The translations under genes were made by a program, and so were the position numbers. From Phoronis australis (lineage: Eukaryota; Animalia; Phoronida), in contig NMRA01000060.1 of the NCBI GenBank assembly GCA_002633005.1, positions 34,032-90,073 of the forward strand: a stretch of DNA of 56,042 bases. The letters run 5' to 3'. Shown here in pieces: positions 36,361 to 47,654 of the stretch. The notes below the pieces were generated by a model that ran no database searches, was not told where the DNA came from, and worked only from the letters and a program-made list of their open reading frames with translations. Within the stretch, counting starts at the first letter, position 1. The number at the start of each line of letters is the position of its first letter.

Positions 36361-39000
36361 ACCCAATGGTCGTCCGCCTAAGCATAAAACCGGCTTGTTG
36401 TCGTACTCACCCAACTATTCCACTTCAAAGTTATGCTCTGCATAGAACTTGATTTGACTCTCAGAAATCCATAGTATTAGTTGATTCAAAAGTTTTCTTT
36501 TATTTATGCCGAGTTGTTTGAACTGTGCATTGCTTTTCGGCAGCCATTTTATAATGACACCTATGGTCGTCATATGCTGCCGCCTTTTGAAAGAACAGAA
36601 AACCACACAGAAAAAGGTCAAGAAAATAGTGGAAAGTGGTTTACAGCAATTCTACTACAACCACAAACTGTTTGACTAGTATGATATCGATTTTTAAATC
36701 GATTAAAATTGATTTAGAATTTCAGTTCTGGAAAATAAATCGCAATTGCTTTATTCCAGACAGACCTTACTTATTTTCAATTTTGTGTCCTCTTTATTTG
36801 ACTTTTTACTCTTGTTGTTCTTAACACCACTTATCTCTGCTGTCTTTCCTTTTCTTTTCAGTTTTTCTTCATTCTCTGTTAACACCTTGTCAACCAAAGC
36901 AGAAGACTTTGAGACTTGCAAGTTGATCATTGAACCTCGATACAATTGTTCTAATAAATTACCCAATATCGTATTGTTTGATTTTTTTCTCACCTTTAAC
37001 AGGCTTCTGCAATCATAAATAAATAGATAAATACCCAAGTTGTATTTGCATTTTATTGCTCAATCTCTTCTTTTATTTTTGATTATGTCATGCTGTGTTG
37101 TATGTAACAATGCAATATAGTGAAATAAAGTCAATGTTTTACTTTATTGGTGGCCATTCTCCATCAATTCAAGTATTTTAATTTTCTTCAAATAAATTCA
37201 AAACGCTTTAACCAAAAATTTCAACATAAATGTTGAGCTCAGTACTTTGTTTTGCAATAAAAAATAAGTGGACAATATTTTGATGACCAAGGCGTGGGCC
37301 GAAACTGTTAAGCACCCAGCGTGTTCCATTTGTCTGCTGCGTTTTTCCTTTGGCCTAACGGGTGTCGGTTGGTGCCTGGGACAAATAGATACATTGCATA
37401 AACACTATCTGGGTAGGTTTTTGTTCCGTTTGAAGAAAATTTAATTTCGAAAATATCTTCTGAAAATGAACAAAAAAGTGCATTAGTAAAATCTACAAGT
37501 TTTTGAGTGGTCTCAAAAAACAGTCGGTAAATGCATTAATTTTAGTCTCAGTTCTTACATGCGTGTTTCTCCCGAGAGGTTAGTACCTAACGTACAGACG
37601 AGCACTCCAAATTGGAACGCTAAGTCCCGCGTGGCTGCGCTGCACGCGAAAGAAGATGGCGGACGACCTTTGGAGCCTGACGACGATAGGTATTACATCA
37701 CTGTTTCTGCATCACATGGTAACATAGTGTTGTATGGTCATTTATTTTTCTTTGATGATAATAAGAACCAAGTTGTTATTTAAAGGCAATACTTTCATTT
37801 GCAATGACCAATTGTGTTACTGAATTCCACATGGGGGTACGTACACTACATATTGTTAGCCTTTTTGGCCCATTTTCAACATAGCAGAACCCAGTAAATA
37901 TCCAAACTATTGGTTTATTTAGATGTTGAATAATTTGCTGTGTTGCCTAGGCTAACATTTTCTTCAGTTCTTTTGATGACAGAGTTTGAACTTTAGTTTT
38001 TAACCTTCTTTGCAGTAGGTGAAGGTTAAAAACACAAAATCTACAAATTTCGTAACGAGTGCCTGTTTTATGATGAACCCTACCATTTTCAATTATTAAG
38101 CACAACTTCATCTAAGTGATTCTAAAAGTGACTCACGTTGTTCCCAGTCATACCTAAGCAATTGATTACTTGATAAAATAAATTTCTTTTCTACTGTTGA
38201 CAATTGAAAATTGTAATTTTTAAAATGGCCACTCGTAACGCTAAAAATGCATGAAATTTATAGAAAAAAACATGCATGAATTTCTCAAACATTGGCCGAT
38301 TTTGACGATTCTTTTTTTAATTTGCACAGCTAAATAACTCTTTGCATATGATATTCAGTTTGCTTTTGGTAAGTGACCAAAAAACTTATTTTAGACCGTA
38401 ACACAGCCAACTCTCGAATATGGACCTCGATTGTGATTTAGCCGTGTAGAAAGGACGCCTAACTGCGCCTACAAGCAAAACGTCCCTGTAAACACGACAT
38501 TATTGGCCCAGTTATTGGTATGTGCTGTTTCTTGTCGCGTGTACGTTTCTGGGCCACTAATGGTCCAGTACCGTCCAACGACACTTTAACCGAGTGAATC
38601 CTTCGTACCTCCCGCCAGTAGACACACGGTACTGGCGTCATAATGAGGTTACTTACAGGCTTCCCCACACGAGGGCGTTTAACACTAAAGTTTTCTTTGA
38701 AAAATATCCTCAAATGTGTGGCAGTGAAATTTTTCATAAAAAGTTTACCACAAGATGTATAACAATGAAATTTTAACACTGTTTAAGCAAACGTTTCACC
38801 AGATGGCTCTCATAAAAAACGCAATTATGAAGTTTTCGTTGAAGAACACTTGAATTGTGTAGACATTTTCTACAGTTTGAAACCTGTGTGTGAGTGACAA
38901 TATGGTGAACGATTTTGACTTTAAACTTCAAATTTCTGGTAAGTTTCACATTTGTTTACTTTGAATGCTGCACCAGTGTTTGCAGGAGTATATAAAACCT

Positions 39001-39319
39001 GCCTCCAGTTCAGCAACGCTAGGACCTCGCTAAAAAGCAAGACTTTCGCGAGATTTCGTGAGATATTGTCGTGTAATTTAAATAAGATCACGTGACTTTG
39101 GCTAGACTTTAGCTAGGTCTTAGCGTACATGTACATGTAGGTCCTAACGTTGCTGAACGCACACCTGGCGTGCGTTCACTAGACGCTAGGACCTACGCTA
39201 GGACCTAGCTAAAAGCTAGTCAAAGTCACATGCTCTCATTAAAAATGTACGGCAATATCTCACGTAATCTCGCGAAGTCTTGCCTTTTAGCGAGGTCCTA
39301 GCGTTACTGAACGGGAGGC
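39001..39319. mobile_element. Head-to-head dimer of a ~155-bp MITE forming a ~320-bp palindrome
   Basis: Arms are near reverse complements around the centre gcacac-ctg-gcgtgc. Each monomer has gttcagcaacgctagg-type TIRs. Confidence 0.8.
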
Positions 39320-40149
39320 TGGTTTATCCACTGCGTGCTGCATGTGGTATGACGTCATATCCTCAACGTGCACAGTGTGAAAACGGCGAGTTACCGATTT
39401 GGGGAACTGAACGAGGGACTCCTCGGAGAAAAACTTTGATAACGGGAGTATTTGTTCGAGTTGGAAGGAATTAAATACATCGACGGCCTGCTGAAGTGTC
39501 ATATGCGCGAAAGGTATTGATAACAACGTGACTTTGATGATTAAGTCAGTGCCAGGCAAATTCACCGAAAAGCTTCCGGCGTATGCAGCGACATGAGGAG
39601 CTCCACCCACCGCTACCCACTCATCCAAAGCGTTACCGCAAACAAGTGTCGCTGTGTGTAACAATCCGCTTCGCAAGCAGGTAGCGCTGGTTTAAACGGT
39701 CATGTCAGGACTGTCTACCTCAGCCTCTGAGTCTGATCATCCCCAATACACTATAATACTAAAGAATTCTGACAGACGGATTAGGACTTTCACGGGTGTT
39801 TCACTTCAGTCATCCATGTATTAATGTATTAGCTGGGATTATCAGAAGATGAGGATGCCTGTGATTTATGCCACAGTGCATCGGGGGGTTGACTCTGAAG
39901 GTTGAGTTATCACTTGGTGACTGTGAGCAGAATTAAACGTTTTTCATATTTTGATACAGCTGATACGGTTACTTGTGTTAACTACCCTACGTTTGCAAAT
40001 GATCATTTTCCTAGTCGGCTACAAAAACAGAGAAATCCTCTTTGGTTGAATTTTTTGTGTACTAACAATTAGCGGATCTAGAGATCAAGCGGGTTGAAAG
40101 TTTGTTTCTGTGATCCATTTCTCCCACGCAAATTCGCTTATGAAACGTA

Positions 40150-41285
40150 AAGAATGACGTCATCGGAAGTGGGGCAAAAGCTTGTCGTTTGGCCATTTGC
40201 CGATACAATAGCAGAGCGTATTCTGTTGTTTACTTCGTGATTTTAGTCTTTTAGTGTGAAAATGCCAAACACGCATTGCTGTTATGGCAAATGAAGTTCA
40301 GGTTAGCACTACAATACGTTCCATCGCGTTCTGTACTAATTTCGTCCCGCATGTTTTAAACGGGCGGTAGGCGAAATCCGCTGAATGATTAAGTTTTCAC
40401 CTCATCAAAAATACATTCTACACCTAAAAGTATCACCTAGAGGGCACTTAGGCCTACTTTTTTCAGTGATCCTTTCTGCTTCTAAACATATCTTCGATGA
40501 AGAATAGCTACTGGAATTCAGGTGACTTTGTCGAAGAATTCCACTTTTTGGTTTTTGTTAACTTTGGCCGCGCGCGGAAACCACAAAGAATTTCAACTGA
40601 ATCAGGTGAGTATGAGGCAAAGGCTAGCGCGAGACTGAGCGAAGCGCCTGACCTGGCGCGTGACTCTTGCACAATAGCATGGGAAAATACCAAGTCAAAT
40701 TTGTAAGATGTGTGTCCCTTGGACCTTTTGTTCGTTCGTCAACAGGCGTGATTTCACGTAGCTTCCTCAAAATGGTGCCCGGTGAGAGAAACTCGAGGGA
40801 ACCACGAGGTTTTCATGGATATGTATGTTCAAGTTATTTGTAGACAAATTTGTATCTAGGGTCAGGGTATGTGCTAATTATAACTCCATGTGCACATATG
40901 CATGTTTCAATTGATTGTATTTGCTGTATTTTGAAATGAGTAACTTTTTATGGGGATATACTATCGTCCCTGTCCTGTATGCCTGCGGAATTCAGGCCTA
41001 GACCGGGTCGAGTTCCAATTTCAGTCCGTTCACAGCTTCGCACAACATAAAATGTTCACATTTTCTTCGTCCATTCACAGCTTCGCACAACATAACAACT
41101 TCACATTTTCTTCCTCCATTCACAGTTATTCCACGATCCATCTACCATCCCTTAAATCGTGTTAACGTTTTAAACGTAAAATTCACCATAAGAAGTCCAA
41201 TTAGATTTCGCGTGTGTAGCAAAGACTCGGGGCAAAACAAGAAAAATACGGCGGGTTTTGCCCTCCTTCCGGTGACGTCATATTG
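40150..41285. mobile_element. Putative DNA-transposon relic with inverted ends and a THAP-like start
   Basis: atgacgtcatcggaagtggggcaaaa (about 40154) is inverted relative to ttttgccctccttccggtgacgtcat (about 41256). MPNTHCCYGK* at 40262 resembles a THAP N-terminus. Confidence 0.4.
41029..41125. repeat. 45-bp tandem duplication
   Basis: ttcacagcttcgcacaacataa...ttcacattttcttc.tccattcacag x2. Confidence 0.85.
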
Positions 41286-41934
41286 ACTAACTGGAAACTC
41301 GCAAATGAGCTATTTAAGCGGCTCTTAGTGAAAGTGTCACATTGCTTTCAGTTGTATATTAACACACAGGAGTACCGTCAATTGATGTTCGTGAGAGTTG
41401 TTTGTAAAGTACATGTATTATTCAGGAAACGCAATGCAATAGACATTTGGGGACGAAATGGAATGAATAAAAAACGCTCCTGAAAATATTAATTACAAGG
41501 AACTGAAGTCCTACAACCCACTGTAATACTTGTGTTGGCAAAAGATGAAACATTTATATATTTTGCAGCTTATGCAATTCAGATAAGCTCAATATTGGAA
41601 TGGCATACAGCGTCTTTCTTCAATTACAAAGTTTTTCAGCTGCTATTGAAATGAAAAAGTTTACTTACACATTTGTAAACTGACTCAGTAAGGCAGCGGC
41701 GGTTCGCAGACGTTCAAAATTCCTATTTGACAGTTTTAAGATACAGTAGAGAGATGCGTTTTTTTGACTAAATCTTGGGATTAAATATTACAAAAACTTT
41801 AAGTAGACTGGAAAGCCCTGAAATGTTTCTTAAGAATCGCTGAAACCTAGGAACCACATCCCACCATAAACAAAGTACCAGGACGTTCTGCAAGAAATAA
41901 TGTGTACAAATTAAAGATAGGAAAGTATAAATAA

Positions 41935-42007
41935 CCTGAACCCTAACCCTAACCCTAACCCTAACCCTAACGCTAACCCTAACCCTAACCTAACCCCAAC
42001 CCTAACC
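41935..42007 (+). repeat. Interstitial telomeric repeat (CCCTAA)n
   Basis: About 11-12 units with a few variants. Confidence 0.92.
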
Positions 42008-43706
42008 AGTACCTATATGGCTAAAACGATATATCTAGTATGATCGAAAATGTGCAAATGCATGTATCTACAATGCATGTCAAATATAAATGTGTACATG
42101 CCCAGATAATAACTAGGTACATGTACAACACAAACTATATGATATAAGTTACCAGAGCAGTACAAGAAAAACTAAACAAAACTAGGAAAAAATTTTAAAC
42201 TTGTAGTTGGCACAGCATGGAAAATAATTTTGTATGCAATATACTTAATTTGAAGTTAAAAAGAATAAAAGAAAGTAAAATATGTTTACTTTATTTTGAT
42301 CGGACCCACTGCGTCCCGGCTTTACTTCTACCAAACCAATACGCAACAACTATACAACGCTTTTGCTGCAACGAAGTATTCAAATTTCAACCACGCATCC
42401 ACCGGGGTTCGTTGGATATCATCGAACTACAAAGGATTTTTAACAAATATGATTTTGTGTTGTTCAATGTTTACGGGCTTAATTTACATATAACTACTTA
42501 ATATTTTAAACACCGAATAAATTTCGCATTCTAAGAGTTGACAATTTTTCGCCGGACTTTGTAAAAACGCCTTTTTCACATTCAACATATATTTCTATCT
42601 CAGCAAAAATTTATAACGATAACTGACAGCCTGAGTTAATTTATTCAGTTCACGTTTATTTTCACATTTGGATTTAAAATTTAGCTGTTGCAAACACAAT
42701 TCTGTTACTGTAACGTGAATTGGCAAGCGCAATTAACGAATGCGTCATAATTCACGTCCACGTCGCTTTGCGAAACCTCTATAATATTCACAGATTAAGA
42801 GTCTAATTTTCCAGAATTTGGAAGGAAACGGACACCGAAATCGACTCAACTTCTGCGCTTCCCATTGTGTGAAATCCAATGTCTAAGGTAATAGTCAGAT
42901 TACATTAATATTGGCCAATATACCTTTAGATGGAGAGTTTTAAGAATGAGCAAAAACGCATAAAAACACTCGGCATGACCGTAAGAGATATCTGCCTGTG
43001 ATTATAAGTGAATCTTAGCTGCATGCCTCTGTATGTGACACTTCAGCAAAAGCCGTTTTGGCGAATTAATTATTTAGGTCATTACTGCGTTTTCCCGTTG
43101 CTCCCAACTTGTTTGATTCTATAGCCCAACAACAAGTTGGGAAGATGACCCCTGTAGCCAATATCTTACAACGACTGATTAACTCCATTCTGGCACTCAC
43201 GGTTGGAGGGCCAGCTCTCTTTTGTTCTATAATTGTTCTAATCTCCAATACGATCGTATCTATTGCCTGACTGGGCTGTGCTGTTAAAATAAAAGTTAAG
43301 TTATAACATATTTGAACATAACCAATATGATTTATGAAATTCTCGTCAAATGGTGATCATGTTTAGTTTTTGAATCGCCAAAATCACTGAACTACAACTG
43401 AAGTTATGACAATCTATTCTTTCCGAACGTACCAATTTCGGTTTGACTGTGTTCACGCGTGGTCTGTAATAAGCCCGGTAGATAATTGGCCTGCCTGTTG
43501 TCATACCAGACAAAAGACTGTGCTTGGCAGTTAACAAAGAAGCTAGATGTTTCCACACGCTCACAACCCTCTACGTGTTGTTAAGTCACTAAATGGGAAA
43601 ACGCCGTCATGTTAAACGGTACCGTAAGCCTAAATAATTGAATATACCCTAAACATTGTCCACCAACTACAGTAATTTTATAATCATGTATCGCGTGCAC
43701 GCTTAC

Positions 43707-43799
43707 CTTTACAGTGACCAGTAAAACGATCACAGTGGCCGTACTCGCATGATTCGCACGTCTGAGCGCAGTCTGCGCCATATTTACCAGCTGGACAAT
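43707..43799 (-). CDS. Exon: EGF repeat (DCPAGKYGADCAQTCESCEYGHCDRFTGHCK)
   Basis: tttcag| acceptor, |gtaagc donor, 93 nt, phase 1-1. CxxGxYGxDC...CDRFxG pattern. Confidence 0.92.
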
Positions 43800-44140
43800 C
43801 TGAAATGTAAGAAGGACAAATGCAAGTAGGCAATTCGGAAAAAATCCACGACATACATTCTTAAACAAAATTTAAAAACAACCCAAAACATAACTTTGAC
43901 TATGTAATGCAAAAAACACTCAAAATCAAAATTTATCACGCCAGCACCTAAAATTTAGCACTTCAGGACCAAAACTAAACACGCTAAGACAGAACTACAT
44001 GTATTTAATACGTCACAAGACAGAGAAAATATATATCTGAAACTAAATAAGACGATCCAGATCCTCCCAAGGATACTATTGTTTCAAGAAATTAAGAATA
44101 TAAATCGGTAAATAAAACAACAAGAATGGATCAACTGAAA

Positions 44141-44180
44141 TTTGAAATTTTCGGATGTAACAACTTCCTTTATCAACAAA
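44141..44180 (-). ncRNA. Putative minimal type I hammerhead ribozyme (U3-A8 variant) in the Penelope 3' region
   Basis: TTTG-TTGATAA-AGGAAGT(TGTT)ACATCC-GAA-AATT-T-CAAA: stem I TTTG/CAAA, stem II, palindromic stem III. Confidence 0.65.
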
Positions 44181-44281
44181 AACAGAAATAAAGTAAAATC
44201 AAACACAAAATGACAATTGACATATAAGATATGGTGTAATGAAAATGATACATTTTTGCGTAAAAAATTCAATGACATATT

Positions 44282-45040
44282 TTAAGTTTTTATGTTCAAT
44301 CCATGAGGTTCTATTGTATTCAGTTTGTCTATCCAATATTGTTCTCTTTTAAGTCTGTGAGGGGTACTGGGGTGTTGGAGTTTTTCTATTATTTGTACAG
44401 AAAGATCTTGAATATTATGGTTTTTGGAATTGAAATGATTACCTACAGTATCAGAAATGTTTTTATGTATTATGTTAAATCTATGATTACGAAACCGAGT
44501 TTGTAGATTATGTTGAGTTTGTCCTACGTATTGGATAGAACATTTTTTACAAGTTATAAGGTAAATAATATTGTTGGTGGTGCAATCAGAATAATGTTTT
44601 ATTTCAAAGTTTTCATTGGTTTGGGAAGACTGGAAAAAAGTGCTATCGTTGATGAAGTTACACATTTTACACCTAGTTTTGTTACATTGTGTGTTGCCAA
44701 TAGGTTTGTCAGTTTGGTGTATATTGTCGATATTAGCTTTAACTAAATAATTTTTTAGATTTTTACATTTTCTCCAAGAAATTATAGGGGGATGAGGAAA
44801 TAGGTTTTTCATTTGAGGGGAAATATGCAGTGTAGAAAGATGTTTTTTGAAGACGTGGCTAATTCCGTTTAAACATGGATTGAACATAGTTATGAAAGGT
44901 ATTCTATTAGTAGTATTGCCTTTAGTTTTAGTTCTTAAAGATTCATTTCGAGTAATTGAGCGGACTTTGTCAAACTGTTTGTGTATAAGATGTAAGGGGA
45001 AATGACGTTGAATTAGATAGTACTTGAGTTCTTTTAAACA
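44282..45040 (-). pseudogene. 5'-truncated Penelope ORF (linker + GIY-YIG endonuclease)
   Basis: Open frame from the inversion junction (CLKELKYYLIQRHFP..RIPFITMFNP) to the stop. The RT core is absent. Confidence 0.85.
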
Positions 45041-45605
45041 ACATCTTTCTACACTGCATATTTCCCCTCAAATGAAAAACCTATTTCCTCATCCCCCTAT
45101 AATTTCTTGGAGAAAATGTAAAAATCTAAAAAATTATTTAGTTAAAGCTAATATCGACAATATACACCAAACTGACAAACCTATTGGCAACACACAATGT
45201 AACAAAACTAGGTGTAAAATGTGTAACTTCATCAACGATAGCACTTTTTTCCAGTCTTCCCAAACCAATGAAAACTTTGAAATAAAACATTATTCTGATT
45301 GCACCACCAACAATATTATTTACCTTATAACTTGTAAAAAATGTTCTATCCAATACGTAGGACAAACTCAACATAATCTACAAACTCGGTTTCGTAATCA
45401 TAGATTTAACATAATACATAAAAACATTTCTGATACTGTAGGTAATCATTTCAATTCCAAAAACCATAATATTCAAGATCTTTCTGTACAAATAATAGAA
45501 AAACTCCAACACCCCAATACCCCTCACAGACTTAAAAGAGAACAATATTGGATAGACAAACTGAATACAATAGAACCTCATGGATTGAACATAAAAACTT
45601 CTTAA
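45040..45605 (+). pseudogene. Inverted duplicate of the Penelope GIY-YIG endonuclease fragment
   Basis: Same protein as the minus copy except S/N and the terminal KT*/KTS*. Confidence 0.85.
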
Positions 45606-45706
45606 AATATGTCATTGAATTTTTTACGCAAAAATGTATCATTTTCATTACACCATATCTTATATGTCAATTGTCATTTTGTGTTTGATTTTACTTTATT
45701 TCTGTT

Positions 45707-45746
45707 TTTGTTGATAAAGGAAGTTGTTACATCCGAAAATTTCAAA
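45707..45746 (+). ncRNA. Putative minimal type I hammerhead ribozyme (U3-A8 variant), second copy
   Basis: Identical motif in the plus arm. Confidence 0.65.
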
Positions 45747-47504
45747 TTTCAGTTGATCCATTCTTGTTGTTTTATTTACCGATTTATATTCACAAGACAG
45801 AAAAATTTATGGCGTCAGAAAATGTTCATGCTAAGAGACCACGTGACCATACACAATTATTGGCCCGTTAAAGTGATCACTTCGGTACTAGGTACACAAT
45901 GGCCAAGCTTTCAACAATGTCCCGCCGACAAGAGTCACATTACCGTGACAAGGAGGTTGAATTTCTTCCCAACGGTTTACAGAAGCCAGCATACATTTTT
46001 CCTTTTGAGCACATTAATTTTGAGTACTACAGCCGATCATCAATGTCGGATAGTAGATGGTCCTGACATGAAACTTCGCTGCGCTGGCGTGATAAATTTT
46101 CTATCCTGGCCGGGTTTAACTTTTGGTTTTGAAGTGATACATTATAGTTCCTGACGATAAATTCTGGTTTCATTTTTGGTTCCGAGTTTTTTTTCAGTTT
46201 TGACTCTCCATGCCAACGCTCTTCGAAGTGTCTGTGTGAAAGTCAAATTGATTTTTTATCAAATCATTTGTGCTATTCAATTTAAACGTTTTGTTTTACG
46301 AGTAAGTATCAAAACAACCAGCCTGATGGACAAAAATGAATGAAAACCTTGACAACTATTAATATCGATACGTGCGCGCGATCTTCATTTGCATGAAGTA
46401 TGGACGGACCTATTGTGTTACTAATACCTCGAAAGCTTTCAATTCGAGTGTTAACAGTGTCCTTTACATGTACATTATGTTATGTAGGACTTATCGACAA
46501 GCCTGTGCAATCAGACAAATATCTACACAAGTGTCAATTTTAACTGAGTAAAACCTTCTATTTTCTGAAAGTAGAAACTTGTAGAGATTGATTTTCGACT
46601 ATGATCATCGCGCCTGGTGCAAAACAAGTGTATCAATAACATAATCTAATTTCGTTTGGCAGAAGTCTTCAAGATGGAATCTCGAAATCATATGAAATTT
46701 TCTCCATTATCAGTTCATTTTTGATAAAATCGCTTCCAATTTTGGATAATTTTGAAAACTATTCATAACAGCATTGTGGAGTACGGTGGCTATGACAAGA
46801 CGGCACGGCAAAGTTTTCTTCCGTTGCTAACTCTATCGATAGACTTATTAACTCCATCGATAGAGTTAATAAGTCTATCGATGGAGATAGCAACGGAAAA
46901 AAGTTGCCGTACAGTCCTGTTACAGCCACGTTGGAGGAGTTTGCATAGTATCTGAAAATTTCATATCAATCCTCGGACGTTATGTTACGAATTGCGTTAG
47001 CCGAATTTGGATATCTGTCCTGGGGTCCTACATACTTTTAACACATTTCCTTGCTTACGCGTTCCACTTCTTTTCTCACAAACCGCACACATCACACTTT
47101 GTTTCTTACGAAAGCTTTTTCTCCGGAATACTATAATTCAGGGTCAGTTACAGGGGGGAGTTTTTTGCTAATTTAATACAACCTGTACAGTCACGAGCCC
47201 ATGCCAAGCGCTAAACATCTTAAGCTATTAAACTTTTGCTATAAAACGTTATCAATAATAAGACTAATATCAGATTCTATGAGAGTAACACAGGTTTTTG
47301 TTGTACTATTGCCTTAAGTCAATTAAACGTTTGCCTTACGATTTGACGAGTACTTACTGAGGTACGTGAAAGAAAACCAACACTACTGAGCTCGTAGAAA
47401 TTGAATTTCGTTAATGAGGGAAGAACGTTGTCAAACGTGATAAAAGGACGCTAGCTATTTCATTGAAACACGTTTTTGGTGATCATGATGCATAATAGGT
47501 ATAC

Positions 47505-47654
47505 CTCGGTCACACTTGACTCCATGAAAGCCTGCCGCACACGAGCATCCATAAGGATCAAGAGTGCAGATGGTCTTGGCCTTGCAACCATTGTCTGCCC
47601 CGCTTTCGTCACAGGTTGTGGTACATTCTCTACCGAAAAGGTTGGGACCACATG
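47505..47654 (-). CDS. Exon: Tie-like EGF repeat (xCGPNLFGRECTTTCDESGADNGCKAKTICTLDPYGCSCAAGFHGVKCDR)
   Basis: tttacag| acceptor, |gtatac donor, 150 nt, phase 1-1. CxxDPYGCSCAxG motif as in the Tie1/Tie2 EGF region. Confidence 0.92.

Larger units (their letters stand above)
44025..45789. mobile_element. Young Penelope-like retroelement insertion with inverted duplicated 3' part (GIY-YIG endonuclease region)
   Basis: Arms 44096-44844 (-) and 45040-45791 (+) are nearly identical. Both encode IIYLITCKKCSIQYVGQT...RFRNH...REQYWI..L.T..PHGLN. Flanking direct repeat TCACAAGACAGA at 44013-44024 and 45790-45801. Confidence 0.93.
451..47654 (-). other. Multi-exon gene (partial at both ends): receptor-type protein tyrosine phosphatase with Tie-like EGF repeats + 6 FN3 + membrane-proximal domain + TM + start of PTP domain
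   Basis: 19 minus-strand exons with AG/GT boundaries (one GC donor) join in frame, 3018 nt. Domain order EGF-FN3x6-RPTP juxtamembrane-TM-wedge-KNRY. The 5' exons and most of the PTP domain were not found in the window. Confidence 0.9.

Noticed and set aside
45024-45605. Stand-alone or domesticated GIY-YIG nuclease gene or homing endonuclease
   Set aside because: It is a truncated Penelope 3' fragment whose apparent start is created by the inversion junction.
45609-46154. 181-aa ORF
   Set aside because: Read-through of the AT-rich Penelope 3' UTR into flanking DNA. No domain features.
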